Positions 1-11,151 are shown, numbered from the stretch's first letter. The stretch is 64,000 bases of DNA from Octopus sinensis (GCF_006345805.1 NC_043000.1:99696001-99760000), one strand, 5' to 3'. The notes: generated by a model not told the origin, from the sequence alone. A program made the numbers and translations.

Positions 1-5
1 AGATA

Positions 6-44
<39 letters not shown>

Positions 45-186
45 TATTGATATATATATTAATATATATCTATATATATATATCAATATTGATATATATA
101 TATATATTATACAGATATTGATATATTATATATATATATATATACAGATATTGCTATATATATAATATATATATATAAGATAGTAG

Positions 187-217
<31 letters not shown>

Positions 218-878
218 TAGATATATATATATATATATACTTTGATACGTGTGTGCATATATGTATATGTAGAGGTATATATATATGAAGATGATACAGC
301 AGTGTCTTGGCTTTGGTCACCTGAGGATGCGTATGTATACATCTGCAATTGAAACATGTTAATGTAAAATTGCAAGCAATTTGTGTAATTCTGCAATCAA
401 CAGCTGGTAATAATGTGTTGAAACAATTGTAGTCAATAGAAATAGTGACTGCAATCCATCTTTTTGTATTAAAATCAATGTTATTATGCTTGTGCATATA
501 TACATTATATATACACACATTCATACATATATATATATATTTAGATTTAGATATACACATGCACAAAAATATATATAGACATACATATATATACATATAT
601 ATGCGTAAATATATATAGACAAATATAGATACTATATTTATATACATATAATCACATAAATAGTTTTATATATTTAAGTAGTTAGAAATATGTATACATA
701 CATGTAGATAATAAATGTGTGTGTATTTATATATTTACAAACACATACACACATATATTTTGTATGCATATTTATATATGTATACATATGTAAATATATA
801 TCTATACATGTATGCATTAACTTATATATACATGCATATGTATGTGTATGTGTGTATATATATATATATATATAAATG

Positions 879-919
<41 letters not shown>

Positions 920-1227
920 TATAAATGTATATGTATATATATGATATATATATATATATATATATATCTACATATATATATATATGTATAAATATATATA
1001 TATATATATATCTACATATATATATATATGTATAAATAATATGTATATATATATATCTACATATATATATATATGTATAAATATATATGTATATATATAT
1101 ATCTACATATATATATATATGTATAAATATATATGTATATATATATATATCTACATATATATATATGTATAAATATATATGTATATATATATATATCTAC
1201 ATATATATATATATGTATAAATATATA

Positions 1228-1263
<36 letters not shown>

Positions 1264-1270
1264 AATGTAT
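1..1270. repeat. (TA)n-based compound microsatellite with a 44-48 bp higher-order unit at 968-1260
   Basis: Near-pure TA/TG/CA dinucleotides; CTACAT recurs at 968, 1012, 1057, 1103, 1151 and 1197. Confidence 0.95.
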
Positions 1271-1339
1271 ATGTATATTTCGTTTTTGGATTTGGTTTGC
1301 AAGATTCTTTATATGAGTTCGTGTGTTGAAGCATATTCT

Positions 1340-1608
1340 GTTGTGTCTGGGGAGAGTCATTTTCTTTTTGTGCCATATTATTTAACACACTCACCGGTAA
1401 AATTTCCACTTTTTCTTATTTTTATTGTCCTAAAATTTTTGTTGCGTCTTGCAAAATGTGCGATAGTTTTGACTCTTAAAATTATTGAAAGGGTTGCAAG
1501 ACGCAACGAAAATTTTCAGACAATAAAACTAAGAAAAAAGTGGAAATTTTACCGGTGAGTGTGTTAAATAATATGGCACAAAAAGAAAATGAGTCTTCCC
1601 AGACACAA

Positions 1609-1609
<1 letters not shown>
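1340..1609. mobile_element. Palindromic (foldback/MITE-like) element, right arm cut off by a microsatellite
   Basis: 1340-1454 is the near-perfect reverse complement of 1494-1609 (~115-bp arms, 39-nt spacer). Confidence 0.8.
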
Positions 1610-1646
<37 letters not shown>

Positions 1647-2531
1647 GCATATATCTCTATATATATATATTTTTATATACATCTATGTTTATGCATACAC
1701 ATACACACATATATATGTGTATGGATAAATATATATATATATTTATATACATGCACATATGTATACTTGTATAAATATATATTGAATGAGAGAAACGGAA
1801 AATGGAATTCCTGATAATCTCTATTCATCATAGTTCTGATGAATTCCGTTTTCTGTTTCCCTTATTCATTATAAAACTCTATGAACACTGTGGAATTCCT
1901 GAGGTGGATTTAGTGACAGTCATATCAAAACTGCAGATGATATCAGGTAACCTAAATGGTAAAAATGCTTTAATTGTCATACTACTAGGTGTATACTGAA
2001 AGGGTAAATAATTACTCTGTGTGTTTGTGTGACGGCTAAATATGTTTCATAGTGACACATTCTGATTGAATCTTCTTCGCGTCAGCAAGTACCTCCTTGC
2101 AACAATATTACCTTTAGTCTAATCAAGATATCCTTTACCTGAACAGCATCTGGCCGTATAGACCTTTCTTGGATTTTACAACTCTGAGGTTCCATACTCC
2201 CATGAAACATATGTAATGTGCATTTTTCCTGCTCCATTCCGTAACTCTTGTATTCTTTTTCACTCACGGCATCCCTGGTAGCCTACCGTGGAATATAAAA
2301 AGAACTTTTTTCTGCTCATCGTTCTTTGATAAAGAAAAATAATCCACAACCTTCCATTTTGATAAACCACTATTGTTCCTGAAAGTTGTTTATTGATATT
2401 TACTATGGATTGCTCAAAGCTAACTTTCTTCCTACACCTGAAACCCTAGGTATTACATTTATATATATATATATATTATATATATATATTATATATATGT
2501 ATTATATATATGTATATATATATATATAATA

Positions 2532-2575
<44 letters not shown>

Positions 2576-2594
2576 TATGCATATGTACGGATAT

Positions 2595-2899
2595 GTGGAG
2601 GTGCAATGGCCCAGTGGTTACGGCAGCGGACTCGCAGTCGTAGGATCGCGGTTTCGATTCCTAGACCGGGTGTTGTGAGTGTTTATTGAGCAAAAACACC
2701 TAAAAGCTCCGCGAGGCTCCAGCAGGGGGTAGTGATCCCTGCTGTACTCTTTCACCACTCTTTCTCCCACTCTTTCTTCTGTTGGCCTGCTCGCTTAGCC
2801 AGCGGGGTGGCATCATTCGAAGACTAAAACAATGCGAACGCATTGTGACCAGCGATGTGTAACTACATCTGATGGACTGGTCGGTCACGTGATCACGTG
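2595..2899 (+). mobile_element. tRNA-derived SINE (family D here), full length with TSD
   Basis: A box TGGCCCAGTGG, B box GGTTTCGATTCC, (CACGTGAT)n tail; 12-bp TSD ATGTACGGATAT at 2583-2594 and 2900-2911. Confidence 0.9.
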
Positions 2900-2956
2900 A
2901 TGTACGGATATACCAAGCTAGTATACTGTGGGTAGTTTTGATATATCATTTTACAC

Positions 2957-2996
<40 letters not shown>

Positions 2997-3340
2997 ATAT
3001 ATATATATGTATATATTATATATATATATATATATGTTATATATGTATATATAAATTTTTTCCATTTCTTTTTGTTAAAATTTTCCCATTTATTTTGTTC
3101 TTTTTATTCTATCCTTGAACTATCTATACACGTGTATGTGTGTGTTTATATATATATATAATTTGTATAAATCTCTAATGTATATATCTAATTAGGATAA
3201 AGTCATTATTTAATGATTTATCAGTGGCCCGCTATAATTTTACACAGACACACACACATATATATACATATATATATGTATCTCCATATACATACATATA
3301 TACATACATACATACATGCATATATATATATATATATATA

Positions 3341-3545
3341 CTTTTACTCTTTTATTTGTTTCAGTCATTTGACTGTGGCCAAGTTGGAGCACCACCTTTA
3401 GTTGAACAAATTGACCCCAAGACTTATTCTTTGTAAGCCTAGTACTTATTCTATTGATCTCTTTTGCCGAACTGCTAAGTTATGGGGGACGTAGACATGT
3501 CACCATCGGTTGTTAAGTGATAGTGAGGAACAAACACAAACACAC
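3341..3545 (-). mobile_element. SINE family A, 3' half
   Basis: Reverse complement of the GATAGAATAAGTACTAGGCTTACAAAGAATAAGTC...CAGTCAAATGACTGAAACAA tail seen at 18012-18395 and 63193-63400. Confidence 0.85.
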
Positions 3546-3553
3546 ACACACAC

Positions 3554-3597
<44 letters not shown>

Positions 3598-4221
3598 TCA
3601 AACACACATTTGTAGATACACAAACGTGCATACTCTCTTGCCTGATGCACTTGTAATGTGTGGCAGGAAAGACAACTTGCATTGCTGACGCCTTACATAT
3701 GCACACCCATCACCCACCCAAACACATGCAAGCATATACATACACACACTCTTGCTCTTTCTCTCTCTCTCTCATCTCACTCACACAGACATACACACAT
3801 GCACGCACACACATTCCTTGCTATATACATTGTTTTTAAAGGAAAAATGTCTATTGTAGGTTCTTGCTCCTTTCATCTCTTTGAAACTTTCTCAACTTCT
3901 GTTTTTTTCTGTTTATTTTTCAAATTACGCTTCCTATGTCACATGTTTACCCCTGGAAACTGACACCCCAGTATCCTTTGCATATAATGTGTTAGTGTTC
4001 TACATACATATATATATATATACATGTGTACATCAGTATATTCGCACACAAGTTTATGTGTATTTATTTCTGTGTGATTGTGCTGTTTTCTAAATGCATG
4101 TGTATGTGTAAATAGGAATATTGTTTACCATTGCTGAATGAGTGGTTCCATGCGCACATCATACTGTGTGACATTATCTCCCTATATTTTTTGTTTACAC
4201 ATTAACACATATTTTCACTTT

Positions 4222-4261
<40 letters not shown>

Positions 4262-4262
<1 letters not shown>

Positions 4263-4522
4263 ATCATCATCATCATCATCATCATCATCGTTTAACGTCT
4301 GCTTTCCATGCTAGCATGGGTTGGACGGTTCAACTGGGGTCTGGCAAGCTTGAAGGCTGCACCAGGCCAGTCAGATCTGGCAGTGTTTCTACAGCTGGAT
4401 GCTCTTCCTAACGCCAACCACTCCGAGAGTGTAGTGGGTGATTTTATGTGCCACCGACACAGGTGCCAGACGAGGCTGGCAGACGGCCACGCTCGGATGG
4501 TGTTTTTATGTGCCACCGACAC
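4262..4522 (-). mobile_element. RTE-associated 3' tail element (family E), ending in (GAT)n
   Basis: (CAT)n followed by CGTTTAACGTCTGCTTTCCATGCTAGCATGGGTTGG...GGATGCTCTTCCTAACGCCAACCACTCC; similar copies at 26320, 42944, 45300 and 60146. Confidence 0.8.
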
Positions 4523-4564
4523 AATATATATATATATTTATATATATAATATATATATATATAT

Positions 4565-4754
4565 GTGGAGGTGCAATGGCCTAGTGGTTAGGGCAGCGGA
4601 CTCGCGGGCGCAGGATCGCGGTTTCAATTCCCAGACCGGGCGTTGTGAGTGTTTATTGAGCGAAAACACCTAAAAGCTCCACGAGGCTCCTGCAGGGGGT
4701 GGTGATCCCTGCTGTACTCTTTCACCACTCTTTCTTCTGTTGGCCTGCTCGCTT
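4565..4754 (+). mobile_element. SINE family D, 3'-truncated
   Basis: Closely matches the 5' part of 2595-2899, including the A and B boxes. Confidence 0.85.
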
Positions 4755-5569
4755 GAAAAGGGCGATATAAAAAAAAATATATACGTATATCAAGTGCAAG
4801 CTAGCATGGTTGAGAAGCTTGGTTTCAAACCACATGGCACCAGGGAAAGTCCAAGTGCATGCCAACTCCTTTGAAGTGAAATTGGGGCGCCAGAAACTGA
4901 AGCAAGCCTATTGTATTTTTATTCTTTGATGTTTCAGCCATGTGGCTGTAGCCATGCTGGAGCACCAGTATGTACTCGTGTGGGGGTTGGGTTGGTGTCT
5001 CCTTTATCTTGATATCAGATGACGGTTGTAACTGAGTGCTACCATCATACTGTAGCGTCCTTCAGTTCCCATCTTCTTTGAAAGAGTATCTGTGAATGGG
5101 GAGGTGTCATTCTTGTTTTGCTTATGATACAGGTGATCACTGCTCTTTACATTTCTCCATGTTAGCATGGATTAGATGAATATATATCCTTCAGGCATTG
5201 TTTTACAGCTGGGTACCCTTCCTTTCACTCACATTTACCTGTTTTTCAAGTAAGGGATTTTTTAATCTACACATTTTCAAAAAACACAAAACCAGTGGAC
5301 AATTTTTCTGCAAAAGTAATGCTAGCAACACCTCTATCTGTTGCTGAAAGTTCTGGAACAACACAAATAGAAACAAGCATATATAAACACGTGCGCATGC
5401 ACACACATACACCCACACACACAGAAACACACATCTATGCTGGGCTTCTTTTATTTACTGTTTATCAAATCCACTAACAAGTCTGGTTGATATGGAGCTA
5501 TTGTAGAAAGTACTAACAATTTACATAATTTACATTTGATGGATATTTGTCCTCATCTTGTTTGTTGTT

Positions 5570-5615
5570 AACACAACGTTTTGGCTGATATACCTTCCAG
5601 CATTCTTCAGGTGTC
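5570..5615 (-). ncRNA. Minimal type I hammerhead-ribozyme-like motif, degenerate (G12->A, one stem II mismatch)
   Basis: Reverse complement reads GACAC-CTGAAGA-A-TGCTG(loop)CAGCC-AAAA-CGTT-GTGTT. Confidence 0.55.
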
Positions 5616-5905
5616 TTGGGGAAATTTTGAACTTGGGTTCTCGTTCCTATGGTATTTTTGATGTTGTTGTTATTATTATTATTGTTATTGTTCAGGTCAC
5701 TGCTTGGAATCAAACTCAGAATCTTGGGGTTAATAGCCCACGCTCTTAACCACTATGCCATATGCCCGTGGCATAGTGGTTAAGAGCACGGGCTACTAAC
5801 CCCAAGATTCCGAGTTCGATTTCAAGCAATGACCTTAACAATAATAATAATTATAACATCGAAAAATACCTTAGGAATGAGAACCCAGGTTCGAAATTTC
5901 CCCAA

Positions 5906-5948
5906 GACACCTGAAGAAGGCTGGAGGGTATATCAGCCGAAATGTGTT
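5906..5948 (+). ncRNA. Minimal type I hammerhead-ribozyme-like motif, degenerate (stem III region deleted)
   Basis: GACAC-CTGAAGA-A-GGCTG(10-nt loop)CAGCC-GAAA-T-GTGTT; stem I is GACAC/GTGTT. Confidence 0.55.
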
Positions 5949-6243
5949 AACAACTAACAAGATGAGGACAAATATCTGTCTAATGTAAATAATAGAACTG
6001 TAAATATAGAACTGTACTAACAATTTGTTGCATTGCTTTGTGACTGAACCTGATAACATGATTGTGAAGCAAACTTCTTAATAGCCATATCCACTTGCAT
6101 TTATGTGTATATATACATATACATCTCTCTGTATATCTATCTAGGTGCCTGTCAAAATATTTATGTGTGTGTGTGTGTGTGTGTGTGCACACGTACATGT
6201 TTATGTATATACACACACACACACACACATACATACAGAGTAA

Positions 6244-6820
6244 AGGCACGTAGCTCAGTGGTTAGAGCTTCAGGCTCACAATCATGAGGTAGTGTATTGG
6301 GTCTGGCTGTGCATTGTGTTCTTGAGCAAGACATTTTATTTCACATTGCTCCAGTCCACTCAGCTATAGAAATGAGTTGTGACGTCACTGGTGCTATGCT
6401 GTATTGGCCTTTGCCTTTCCTTTGGATAACATTTCGTATTTCTTTTTTGCCCACGAGGCGCTAAACATAGAGGGGACAAACAAGGACAGACAAAGGGATT
6501 AAGTTGATTACATCGATCCCAGTGCATAACTAGTACTTAATTTATCGACCCCGAAAGGATGAAAGGTAAAGTTGACCTCAGCAGAATTTGAACTCAGAAC
6601 GTAGCAGCAGACAAAATACCGTTAAGCATTTCGCCCGGTATGCCAATGTTTCTGCCAGCCCATCACCTTCTTGGATAACATTTCTGGTGTGGAGAAGGGA
6701 AGCTGGTATACATGTGCGACTGCTGGTCTTACATAAACAATCTTGCCTAGACTTGTGTCGAGGAGGGGAACTTTCTAGGTGCAATCTCATGGTCACTCAT
6801 GATCAAAGGAGGTCTTGGTC
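6244..6820 (+). mobile_element. tRNA-derived SINE family C, interrupted by a family B SINE
   Basis: Head GGCACGTAGCTCAGTGGTTAGAG; body matches 19905-20240 and the reverse complement of 33926-34243. Confidence 0.85.
6436..6670 (-). mobile_element. SINE family B nested in the family C copy
   Basis: Matches 57237-57465; 14-bp TSD TTGGATAACATTTC at 6422-6435 and 6671-6684. Confidence 0.9.
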
Positions 6821-6839
6821 TTTAACGTATTGCTCCATC

Positions 6840-6990
6840 TTCATGGATGATTATTCTTTCCTTGTGCTTCCTCGTTGCCAATAACATTTTTGACTTTCTA
6901 GCCATGGCCTCTCAGATGACTGTTCAGTCCCGCTGCAGATCTGCAAGATTTGAAGCATTAGTGACTGACAAAATTTGTAATTTACTGTGT
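6840..6990 (-). pseudogene. LINE ORF2 C-terminal relic with a decayed C2H2 zinc finger
   Basis: Hand translation FVSH*CFKSCRSAAGLNSHLRGHG* fits F-x-C-x2-C-x12-H-x3-H with the first Cys decayed. Confidence 0.5.
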
Positions 6991-7559
6991 GATTCCGACT
7001 GGCTAGACCTACACATGTTACCACTCTTCTGTCAGCATAGGACTTTCAGTAGATGGGACGACAGATGAGGTCACCATAAAGAGTCATCTGTATGTCATAG
7101 AGCTATTGTGATAAACACTCGTACAATTTGATTACCATTCTCCGAGTGTCTGTGATTAGTACCTAGTAACAGACCAATGCAAGATGACCAGTAATCATGT
7201 GATGCTGTAGGTTTTACATCAAAGTGTTCCTCACTCACAGTGATTTTTCTGCTCACCCTGACACCAGTCAAGGGTATTTTTGCATTCTTATACTCAAATG
7301 GAATGTCACCATGTATTCTTGTTAACCCATAGCTGGTACCCTGACAGGTGCTACTATTCCAGGTCCGAATGGATGTGGGAACAATAGTGGCTATGAGGTA
7401 GTTACACACTCCTCAAAACACTGGAATTCCTGACCAGAGCCCCTCTACCAGATGCAGTTCAAATTCATCATATGTGTATATTCTCTTCAGCAAGACACTA
7501 GATTTTGTCCATCTGTCATAGTTTGACCTCTCATCACCTGGCACAATGTTGTAAACATT

Positions 7560-7760
7560 CTATCTATATACATAGTATGTTTGCAGGAAGAAAAGGAAAA
7601 TCCTATAAAATCTTGCATTTTCCAAATTAAGTATTCTTTCAACCTGATGGTTATTTCAACTACTTCCTGCTTCAAACCCCCATTTCTGACAGAACTTCCT
7701 GTGCAACACTTTCACAAATTGGTCATGCCTCCATTTCTTATATTCTCCCTGAGCTAACTT
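7560..7760 (-). pseudogene. R4-clade-like (RLE) LINE fragment
   Basis: Hand translation REYKKWRHDQFVKVLHRKFCQKWG resembles the Y-x2-RHD-x-V-x3-LH-W-x-LC motif upstream of the restriction-like endonuclease. Confidence 0.45.
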
Positions 7761-7789
7761 GGACATTTTAGTTTGAAGTTGAGTAGCCT

Positions 7790-8213
7790 CCTCTTCCTCT
7801 TCACCCTTCTCTCCTCCACTCCCTCTTCCACCTTCTCCCTTCTCTTCTTCCCACTCCCCTTTCCACCTCCTTCCTTCCTCTTCCCCTTTTTCCTCTTCCC
7901 CCTTCCCTCCCTCTTCCCCCTTCCCTCCCTCTTCATCCTTCTCTCCCTCTTCTTCCTCTCCTCCCTCTTCATCCTCCCTTCCCTCTTCACCCTCCCTTCC
8001 CTCTTCACCCTCCCTTCCCTCTTCACCCTCCCCTCCCTCTTCATCCTTCTCTCCCTCTTCTGCCTCCTTCCCTCCCTCTTCTTCCTCCCCTCCTTCCTCT
8101 TCCTACCCCCTCTTTCTCTTCCCACCCATCTACTTCCCCCCTCCCCCTCTTCCTCCCCTCACTTTCCCCCTCCTATCTCTTCCTCCCCTCCTTCCTCTTC
8201 TTACCCCATCCTC
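7790..8213. repeat. Polypyrimidine/polypurine tract with an 18-bp minisatellite core
   Basis: Almost all C/T on the + strand; CCCTCTTCA recurs at 7981, 7999, 8017 and 8035. Confidence 0.9.
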
Positions 8214-9707
8214 CAGTGGATAGGATCACTCTAAGCATAAATCTTTATCTCAGCCAGCAGCAGTTGGACACTCGTCCCTAGTTTTCAGAATAGTCTTCAA
8301 TGGTGGGGTTTCTTGATTTGGCCTCAACAGGGAGATTGCATATATATATATATAGATATATATTTCTACTACATTTCTTTTCCCCTTCCCCCATTATCAT
8401 ACTCTGTCTCAACCATCATGCCTTATAACTAGAAAGCTATAACTCTACATAAGTGTGAAAAGCCCCATCAAATTTCCAGCCATAACTTGCTCTAAGACCC
8501 GGTGCGCTTGTAGGTGAGGCTTAGAGTAGCAAGAAGTTGACTTGACTGAAATAAAGGGGTTCCAGGGAGTATTGTCCCTGCCTTCTTGAGCTAGTTTTCC
8601 ACCACATTTCTTAAAATTCGTAGTAGAGACCTTGGTCTTGGGATCACTCATGTCTAAAAACTGAGGTTGCAGGTAAGCAAGGACAGGCACCCCGTAGAAA
8701 ATCCAGCTCCAAAAAAAGCTTCATGATAGCAAAGGAGAACGAGCTTCAGCCAGCCCAAATGTTGGGGTGGGCTGCACCTGCCTACCTCAGTTGCTATGGC
8801 ATTGAGGTAGATCTGGCCACCCCCATTAACAGGGACAGGACCCGGATTTAAAACACTGGATGATGATGACGATGATTAATCTCTGCCATAGTATTGTGCA
8901 CTCTTTTATCGGAGAGTTGATGCTAAATATTATATATGCATACATATATATGTGTATGCATATACACACATGAAGTTGAGATTTCATTTCACAATTGCGT
9001 GGTGGCTTGCACAAGTGCATACTACTGTACTTGTGCACTCAAATGATGAACACTTTATGGTATGTGTGTGAGAATGCATGCATGTATATATGTGTACAAA
9101 TGTTATGCATATATATATATATATATCCTTCATTTATATGTATAAGTACATATACATGTGTGCATGCATGCATTTGTTGCCTTGAGTTGACATTGTGCAC
9201 TAGTTGTAAACAAATGTCACTGTCATACATGTCGTTTTGTTTGTTTGCAATCTTCTGTGAACACATGTCTGGCCAATGTGCCTTGTTTGCTTGAAGGAAT
9301 ATGGAAATACTACCATAGTTGGGGAACATGCTGGGGTTGGCACCAGAAATGGTGTCTTGGTGTCAAAAAAACCTAATTCAGCAAATTTTGTCTAACTCAT
9401 GCAAGCATGGAAAAGTAGGGATTAAATTAGGGACAATGACATCTCTTTTGTATACATGCATGTGCGTGTATGTGTGTGTATGCATGCGCACATACGAGTG
9501 TGTGTGTGTGTACATATTGACTTCATTTGTTTAGCTTTTGTCCCCTACATTATTACGGAGTAGCCCATTGGATACAAAACTTTGTAGCCCCAACCTCTGC
9601 CTTTTTTAAAATTTCCCTTGTAATATAGTCCCTCTCCCCAGTTCCCATCCATCACCTCTGTGCAAATGGCAGCAGTCATCCTTATTGTTATTACTTCATA
9701 TGATATA

Positions 9708-9778
<71 letters not shown>

Positions 9779-9877
9779 TCATCATCATCCTCAATGTCTA
9801 ATTTCCATGCTGACATGGGTTGGTTGGTTTGACAGAGGCTACACAAGCCGGAGAGCTGCACCAGATTCCATTGTCTG

Positions 9878-9921
<44 letters not shown>

Positions 9922-10279
9922 CATATACCTATATATATGTGCATATACATATATATATGTATATGCTTGTATATATATATATATATGCTTATATGTGTGT
10001 GTGTGTAGATATATGTATGTATATGTATATATGTATATATATATGCTTATATCTATATATATTTGTATACACACACACACACACGTGTGTGTGTATGTGT
10101 CCACTTACATGCATGGACTCTACTAAAAGTATTGAGTAATCCTTACGTTCACCATTAAATTGTTTCTATTTATAAAGCTCGACATGAAAACAGTTACACA
10201 CACACACACATACCTATGTACACACGTATGTACGTACGTATGTATGTATGTATGTATGTAGGTCTATGTATAAACTTAC

Positions 10280-10600
10280 AATTTCTATTTTGATGGCGTG
10301 TAAATTGAGCGGTGGTGGTTTGTGATAGGCGAGAAGCCTCTCTTAACTCAGTCTGCACCGGACACAAGTCTCTTCTTCCACCCAAGCTAACAAAAGATGG
10401 GGTGCATGTATGAAAAGCTTACAGCGAGTGATGGTGACGCTGTGCTGCAACCGTTACCGCCACTCACAACAACAACTGCCACTGCTGCTTCTTTGTTGCC
10501 CCACCACCACCGCTCCACTGTCTCCCCCCTCTCCCGTGTCCCGTCTACCCTCCTTCTCTGTCTGTCTGTCTGCGTCACTCTCTCTCTCGCTCTCTCCGTC
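10280..10600 (-). other. Candidate non-coding first exon or promoter-proximal island
   Basis: Repeat-free, CpG-richer segment next to GA/GACA repeats, ending in AAATT|GTAAGT (donor GT at 10279-10278). Confidence 0.3.
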
Positions 10601-10728
10601 CCTCACTCTTCAATGCAACCACCAGCCCTTTATCTAAAGCTTTACCACTACCAGCAGATGTTGCTCAAAGTTATTATGATGCAAGAGAGCTTGTACATAG
10701 TATCGTCTTCTGTTGTATAATAAAATGC

Positions 10729-10774
<46 letters not shown>

Positions 10775-11025
10775 GCTACAACAATAGCAATAATAAAGAA
10801 TCTATTGTTGTTGTTGGTGTATTATTTTTTTTTTTATTGCAGTCAGCTTAAATGCTGCAATAGCAAGGTAAATAAATGTCCATGATGATGATGATGATGA
10901 CGATGAGAAGGAAGAGGAGGAGGTAGATATGAAGGAGATGGGAGGGTTGGCAGTTTAGCAAACGATAATGATTATTGTAATAATGAGCATGAGAAGGCAC
11001 AGCTAAAAAGAAAACCAAAAAAATG

Positions 11026-11057
<32 letters not shown>

Positions 11058-11151
11058 CGTAGTAGTAGTAGTAGTAGTAGTAGACGACTGTCTGTTACTA
11101 TGTCTGCCTGTACCTCCGTACCTCTCTCTCTTATTCTGCATGTGTGTGTGC

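Larger units (their letters stand above)
5525..5993. mobile_element. Palindromic element: two divergent tRNA-like heads, each followed by a Penelope-type hammerhead-like tail
   Basis: 5525-5760 is the reverse complement of 5769-5993 around an 8-nt spacer TATGCCCG; A box TGGCATAGTGG and B box GAGTTCGATTTC on the right arm, mirrored on the left. Confidence 0.85.

Noticed and set aside
126-1329. Many YIYI/ICIC/HTHT ORFs here and throughout (e.g. 9660-10139, 25179-25672, 40970-41320, 45457-45956, 58270-59089, 62976-63855)
   Set aside because: They are stop-free translations of dinucleotide microsatellites with no protein-like complexity.
2595-2670. tRNA-like sequences at SINE heads (also 4565, 5769, 6244, 18012, 57237)
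   Set aside because: They have A and B boxes but no complete acceptor stem, and continue into SINE bodies, so they are not tRNA genes.
7754-8234. 123-aa KREGR-repeat ORF and its 153-aa antisense ORF
   Set aside because: Both result from the polypurine 18-bp minisatellite; no splice or start context.
10397-10720. 107-aa plus-strand ORF
   Set aside because: It is low-complexity and runs through CT/GTCT repeats; better explained as non-coding island sequence.
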